A DNA stretch of 64,000 nucleotides from Candidatus Latescibacterota bacterium (GTDB taxonomy: Bacteria; Latescibacterota; UBA2968): contig OZ240241.1 in assembly GCA_965198115.1 (NCBI GenBank), positions 3,552,001-3,616,000 on the forward strand, in the 5' to 3' direction. Under the pieces are notes generated by a model, which had not been told where the DNA came from, did no database searches, and was given only the letters and a program-made list of their open reading frames with translations. Within the stretch, counting starts at the first letter, position 1, and the number at the start of each line of letters is the position of its first letter. This document shows positions 59,135 to 64,000 of this stretch, in pieces. A program made the position numbers and the translations under genes.

Positions 59135-61174
59135 TAATTTCCTCGCCTATCTCAACTAGTGTAGAGTCGAGGTCGTGGAGCTTCTCGAGGCTTCTCTGGC
59201 GAAGCGCATCTGCCCACATTGTGTTCCAATCGTCCCCTCGCGCCTTGATGTTCACAAGGAAATCTTCGACGATACTTCGAAGCGAATCTTCTTCTGTGAA
59301 AAGAGTCGTATCTGGATCCTGGAAAGACTCGAGAATCGCTCTAGGCAATGGATAAGCAGAACTCCTTACCTTGAGATAGACCTCTTTCAAGCCCGATGAA
59401 AAAGTTTCCTCTCCAATCAAATGCAAAGCGGAGTCAAGATCAGCCGCTTGGAATTTTACTTTCATGATACCATCTTGCCTCGCCGCAGAATCCTGAAGTT
59501 GCATTAGGAAACTCTCAAGGCTGGCTCGGTTTTCATCGGAAACGTCTGCGAGCACTCTCTTTATCGTACCTCTCCGCTTGGCTATAGTTGTCTTAAGTGA
59601 TTCCAATCGCTCGATCTCGAACTCGTGCTCTTGAAGCACCTTCTCAGTCCTCTGCAGGTCTGCTGCATAAGTACCCAATGTGGGAGCCTTCTCAGATGCT
59701 TCGTAATCCCAATGTTCGAGAAGCTTATCTATAGCCTTCTTCGCTGAGTCGACGCTGGTTTTGCGTAGCGCCAGGACTCGATCTACATCGTGGGCCAGCT
59801 GCCCGGCTTCGGTTTCTTCGTCCTTCCACAGCAACGTGTCTATCTCCCCAACCTTCCACAAGTCCAACCTGGAACCGATACTCTCCAAGGGGCTTCTCGT
59901 CCTCAGACCCTTCAGAATCTCTTCTCCAAAGCCTGATTTCGATAGGTCATCAAGATACAGTTCGTTGCAGTATCTGAAGATGTTCTGTCCGGACACTATC
60001 TCGAAATCGCGCCATAAAGGCCGTGGCAGTGTCAATTCTTGCTATCAATGAATCCTCAACGAAATCCGATGCTGCCACCAAGTAATCTTGGCTGGCTTCG
60101 ATACGATTCCCAACCTGCTTCGCGAATTCAAGACTTTCCTCTCGCGCTTGCCGCCTAAGCTTCAGTCTCTCGAACTCCTCCGCATAGTCTCCTGGCAGGT
60201 TCAGTAGTACTTCTACATCAATCCTTTGAATCGCGTCGCCCAGGTGAAACTTCGGCATGAGCGCCGTCCAATACCGTCCGTGCTCTTCCTTGTCGGCAGT
60301 GCGTGTCTTCGAAGACCTGTTCTGGCCATAGTCCAGCGACACCTTTACGGACTGGATATTGTCACGCATTGCAAAAACAGGGAAGAATTTCAGAACATTC
60401 TGCCGATCGACAATCGGCTGCCCATCGAGCGAGTTGTCGACGGCATAGTAGTTCATGACATTTTCGTCCTGCCCTAGGGTCGGGACCGGCAGGAGGAGGC
60501 ATGCAAGGACCGTAAGCAGCTTCCATAGTCTGATCATCTGGTCGCCCTCAGTTCAAATCCAGGCCAATGGGGTAGCTAACTTGGAAAACCAGACGATTGT
60601 CATTCCGTCGACCGAGTGTCCCAAGATAGAGTGTTGGGGACCCAGGCGAGTTGTACTTTATCGTTCCCCCGAAGGTGTGGACATTGGGTACGTCGTTGCC
60701 CCGATCGAAGAATTGTATATAGATGGCCCCGACGGTCACGTGTCTGAATCTCACGCTGGTGGCGCCACCGATCTCCCAGGCATCCCCAAAGCCGAAGTTC
60801 CCTTCGTCGCCGGTCAGAACAGAAATGAGACCGTCGATCTGCCAGTTTGGAGCGGGAAATACTCGAAACTGGGCCCCAATCAGAGACTCTGAGAGGTTCT
60901 TTTCAGTGACCATCGAGTCTGGACTCACGGCCTGTCGGAGCACGGAAACACCCGACATCCGGCTAGGAGAATCCGCTTCTGTTCCCTCATCTATGTCACC
61001 CATTCAGACTTGAAACGAATCGGGCATATCGAGTTGGAAGTTGGTGTAAACGCCTATCTGGAACCGTTCGTCTACGACGAACGACACGTGAACACCTCCG
61101 GACAGCTCTTTCGGCCCCTTTGCGACAGATAGCCCTGAGTTCAGGGAAACCAGAAGCTTCGAGAAATCCTCTAA

Positions 61175-62468
61175 GGGTTCGCGAATAAATAAACGGTCGA
61201 TCTCAATGTTGAGCCATTGGCCGGATCGTGTAGTTCCAGTCGCCGTGGAAATCGTGCGGAGTGAGATCGATTTGGGTCATCTGTTCATCGGTCACCTTGA
61301 CCCCGTTAGGGTAGGGTCGCTTGTCGATCTCGGAGCGTACTCGGAGACCGGCTTGAGTGGTTGTTCCGGCAATGAGATTCACGGTTGCAGCCAGGCTGAC
61401 CAGGGGCTTGCCTCGCCAGTTCATAGCGATGAAGGAGAACAGGCGATGTTCGATCTTGTTCCACTTACTAGTGCCAGGAGGGTAGTGGCATACGGTGATC
61501 GTCAGGCCAGTGCGATTCGCAAAGCGCTGCAGCTCCCACTTCCACAGCCGCGTCTTGGCGCCGTTGCTGCCGCCTGCGTCCGCCGTGATTAGCAGATGCG
61601 TCGAAGTGCCGTAGGCGGGCCGTCCCATGTTCTTCCACCAACTTCGGATCGCATTCACGGCGAAGCTGGCCGTGTCGTGATCGATACCGACACTTACCCA
61701 GCCTTCATCACGGCTCAGATCATACACTCCATAAGGGATCGCCTTGCCCTGAGCAGGCACTATGAAATCGTGTACCTTCACACGCTCCGGGTCTCCCTTG
61801 GGTCGCCATTCTCGGCCAGGATTCTTGAAGTCGCCGATCAACTCTTTCTTCTTGGTGTCCACCGAGATAACGGGAAGGCCCTGCTGCTGCTGCTGGCTAA
61901 TCCGATCATCGAGGTAAACGAACTGAGCGTCCCGATCCGGGTGTGCAGATCCCTCCCTTGTCTTCCGATTCGCCTGCAGCGTGTAATCGTGTTCGTGCAG
62001 GAGATTGGCAACGATCCTGGGGCTCACCGAATGCCCCATCGCTTGCAACTCGGCGGCCAGTTTGCGAGTGCTCTTCGATGTCCATCTCAGAGGATTGTCG
62101 TCAGGCGACCCCGCAGTCGTTGGCTCGACCAGATCATTCAGGTCCTGCCACAGCGTCGGGTCCGTGTCGGCCTTCCGCTTACGACCGCCGCCTGGACGCC
62201 GGATGCGAGCCGGGTCCAAAGGTTCGTCCGACCTCAACTCCTGAATGCCACGAAAGATCCGCTCTCTGGACATTCCTGTCGCCAGAGCCACAATCGCGAT
62301 CCCACCGTGACCCAACGCTTCGGCTTCCGTGGCGGCCCACAGACGACGCGTGCGTTCCGTCAGCACCGGAGCCAAGGCTTCATACTTCGTTCGGAGAGTT
62401 TCGACGTCCACACTCCGAGCGTAAGATCATTACCTTGAAAAGTGCAGCACTTATTTCGTGGCAAACCC
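61175..62468 (-). mobile_element. ISAzo13-family element
   Basis: Ends GGGTTCGCGAATAAATAA / GGGTTTGCCACGAAATAA; 3-bp TSD TAA on both sides. Confidence 0.88.
61203..62411 (-). CDS. ISAzo13 DDE transposase
   Basis: RRPGGGRK, ISVDTKKKE, ADAGGSNG, HYPPGTSKWNKIEHRLF, FHGDWNY. Confidence 0.95.
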   Translation of the reverse strand: MDVETLRTKYEALAPVLTERTRRLWAATEAEALGHGGIAIVALATGMSRERIFRGIQELRSDEPLDPARIRRPGGGRKRKADTDPTLWQDLNDLVEPTTAGSPDDNPLRWTSKSTRKLAAELQAMGHSVSPRIVANLLHEHDYTLQANRKTREGSAHPDRDAQFVYLDDRISQQQQQGLPVISVDTKKKELIGDFKNPGREWRPKGDPERVKVHDFIVPAQGKAIPYGVYDLSRDEGWVSVGIDHDTASFAVNAIRSWWKNMGRPAYGTSTHLLITADAGGSNGAKTRLWKWELQRFANRTGLTITVCHYPPGTSKWNKIEHRLFSFIAMNWRGKPLVSLAATVNLIAGTTTQAGLRVRSEIDKRPYPNGVKVTDEQMTQIDLTPHDFHGDWNYTIRPMAQH

Positions 62469-63556
62469 TAAGGTCGAAGTGACCTTGTGTTCCGCCCGAT
62501 CCACGATGGTGACAAGCTTCTCCTTGGTCTTCGTCTTAAATGAGGAAATCCGCCGGGTGATCAGGGCATTGATCTGTTCCACAGCTTTGGTCCTGCTGCC
62601 AGAGTCGGACAAAAGCGACTGCAGACTGTAGAACGGCTGTCCAGACCCATCGAAATCCTCCAAGATTGCTTCACGGGCAAGCGCCGCGACGGATCCAGCC
62701 AGAATTTCAGCGAGTCCATCGATCCCTGCCCTCACAGAAGTCGTCTCCAAGCCTGTGACGAATTTTTTCTCGACCAGCACCGCGACCAACCCCGATGCCA
62801 CTGCGGTCTGAAGCTCATTGTTATCAATAATGCTCGAAAACACTTTGTTCAGCCTGGAAGCAAGGGCTTTGGCAAGCTCCTGTTCGAATGCGTCGAGTAG
62901 GGCCTTCGGATTCTCGAGGCTCCGTTTCTTGAGAATGTGAATCGGAATGCGTCTGGATCCCGGGAGTAAAACCAGACCACGCTTTTCTTTGTTCTTCACG
63001 CTCACCCAGAACCACACGGCATACTCTTCCCCATTGACAACCGGGCTTTCCGTTCCCCCCACCGCCTTATTCACCGTCACCAGGTCCTGCTTCAGTAAAT
63101 CTCTTGTGGATTGAAGTTTACTAAGGGTTTCCTCCAGCTCATCCTGCCGGCCCTCGTCTGCAAGTCTAGTAGTGTCCGCTTGTAGTACACGCAGCTCGTT
63201 CTGAAGGCTGTTTCGAGAAACGATCTCAATGTCCAGTTCCAGACTGTCATACGTATTGAGGAGGAGATCCCTGACGTCTTGCATCTTGTCGTAGATCAGA
63301 TCTGCCTGGAGACCTGGCTCCAAACCCTCGATCTCAGTCCCGATCTGGCGTTGCATCTCTCGAAAAATGGGCGGCCTATCGAGCGGTGAATTTGATGCGA
63401 GGACCTGAAGTAAAGGCGTGGTTGTTTGGGCGAAAACGAAACCCGGGAGCGCTCCCGATACGATCAATGCTCTGAAGAAACGTCGAAAACTCATGCGTTT
63501 ACCCCCAGTAAACTCCATTAAGACGCAGCATTGTAGGAGCCACGCTGCCGATTGAG

Positions 63557-63661
63557 TCACTTATTGATGGCAGGATCGATGTCGTCGTCGTCGTACCACT
63601 CGAGGTATTTTGTGATTCCCTTCCTACCTTCCTCGACGAGCCTCTCCTTCATAGCATCTCC
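63557..63661 (-). pseudogene. C-terminal remnant of a gene cut by IS21
   Basis: ..GDAMKERLVEEGRKGITKYLEWYDDDDIDPAINK* begins at the IS21 end. Confidence 0.5.
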
Positions 63662-64000
63662 TACGTATTTCGTAGGAAAGTTGCCACTCAGTTCGGTCCA
63701 AAGTTGCCAGTGACTTCGGAGTAAAGTTGCCACCGATTTCGGTCTGAAAGTTTCCATTTTTCGGCTGATTCCGAAACAGGTGGCAACAATGTGCCGGAAT
63801 GGCACGCGGCGCTGGATAATCGGTGCACGGTACCTTCGCAGAAAAGGAGGTGCCGATGGCGCGGCCATAGGCCGTAGGAGGTTATCCATGCGCAGGACAT
63901 CAGAGATTCTGCGCCTCAAGTACGAGGTTGGACTGAGCAACCGGCAGATCGCCCGCAGTTGTGGTCTGACGCACACGACGGTGTCGAACTACCTGTCGCG
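63662..64000 (+). mobile_element. IS21-family element, left end (partial)
   Basis: AAAGTTGCCA repeats at 63677, 63700, 63723 and a variant at 63747 (23-24 bp period), followed by istA. Confidence 0.8.
63888..64000 (+). CDS. istA: IS21 transposase N-terminus (partial)
   Basis: MRRTSEILRLKYEVGLSNRQIARSCGLTHTTVSNYLS (HTH). Confidence 0.85.
   Translation, partial: MRRTSEILRLKYEVGLSNRQIARSCGLTHTTVSNYLS

Larger units (their letters stand above)
56994..60537 (-). pseudogene. Approx. 700-aa secreted protein (signal peptide, coiled coil, beta-rich C-terminus) disrupted by ISL3 and a +1 frameshift near 59970
   Basis: Removing ISL3 and one TSD gives ..VEIGEEIRVFVAKPIRELMALAV.., joining ORFs 59100..60035 and 56994..57674; N-terminus MIRLWKLLTVLACLLLPVPTLG. 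Confidence 0.75.
60548..63494 (-). pseudogene. Approx. 550-aa secreted protein (signal peptide, helical region, beta-barrel-like C-terminus) disrupted by ISAzo13 and an in-frame TGA at 61004-61006
   Basis: Rejoined reading ..VTSTLEDFSKLLVSLNSG...MPDSFQV*MGDIDE...RLVFQVSYPIGLDLN; signal-like MSFRRFFRALIVSGALPGFVFAQ. Confidence 0.75.

Noticed and set aside
60550-60565. TTCAAATCC as a second tRNA-Sec anticodon loop
   Set aside because: No flanking stems or T-loop; it lies in coding sequence.
61004-61006. Sec codon in the island protein
   Set aside because: No redox motif or evident SECIS, it lies in a variable loop, and the gene is already IS-disrupted.
63677-63756. Regularly spaced AAAGTTGCCA repeats as a mini-CRISPR or iteron array
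   Set aside because: A 10-bp unit with 23-bp period directly before istA is typical of IS21 terminal repeats; no cas or rep genes are present.
63557-63976. 139-aa ORF as a real gene
   Set aside because: Most of it is antisense to the IS21 end and istA; only the last approx. 34 codons look native.
1-64000. Genome-wide UGA reassignment (code 4/25)
   Set aside because: Many conserved genes end properly at TGA, with ATGA/GTGA overlaps.

Overview
A GC-rich bacterial chromosome segment, mostly housekeeping and carbohydrate/peptide catabolism genes. The taxon cannot be determined from the sequence; an FCB-group-like lineage is only an inference from gene content. Main results: (1) a compact selenocysteine operon, selA-selB-[UGC-type Prx/TlpA-like selenoprotein with in-frame UGA and SECIS-like hairpin]-selC; (2) a 2-oxoacid:ferredoxin oxidoreductase operon with a stand-alone CBS protein and a beta subunit fused to a CBS pair, a candidate adenylate-sensing regulatory system; (3) a GT2-radical SAM/SPASM-GT2 cluster; (4) a 42-aa sORF missing from the ORF track, with its own promoter, RBS and terminator, directly upstream of dusB-larB; (5) an IS256 nested inside an IS200 that separates dksA from its promoter; (6) a lower-GC island at the right end where consecutive genes, two of them encoding unknown secreted proteins, are each broken by a different IS (ISL3, ISAzo13, IS21). 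Several single-base frameshifts and in-frame stops occur; some are probably sequencing or assembly errors.
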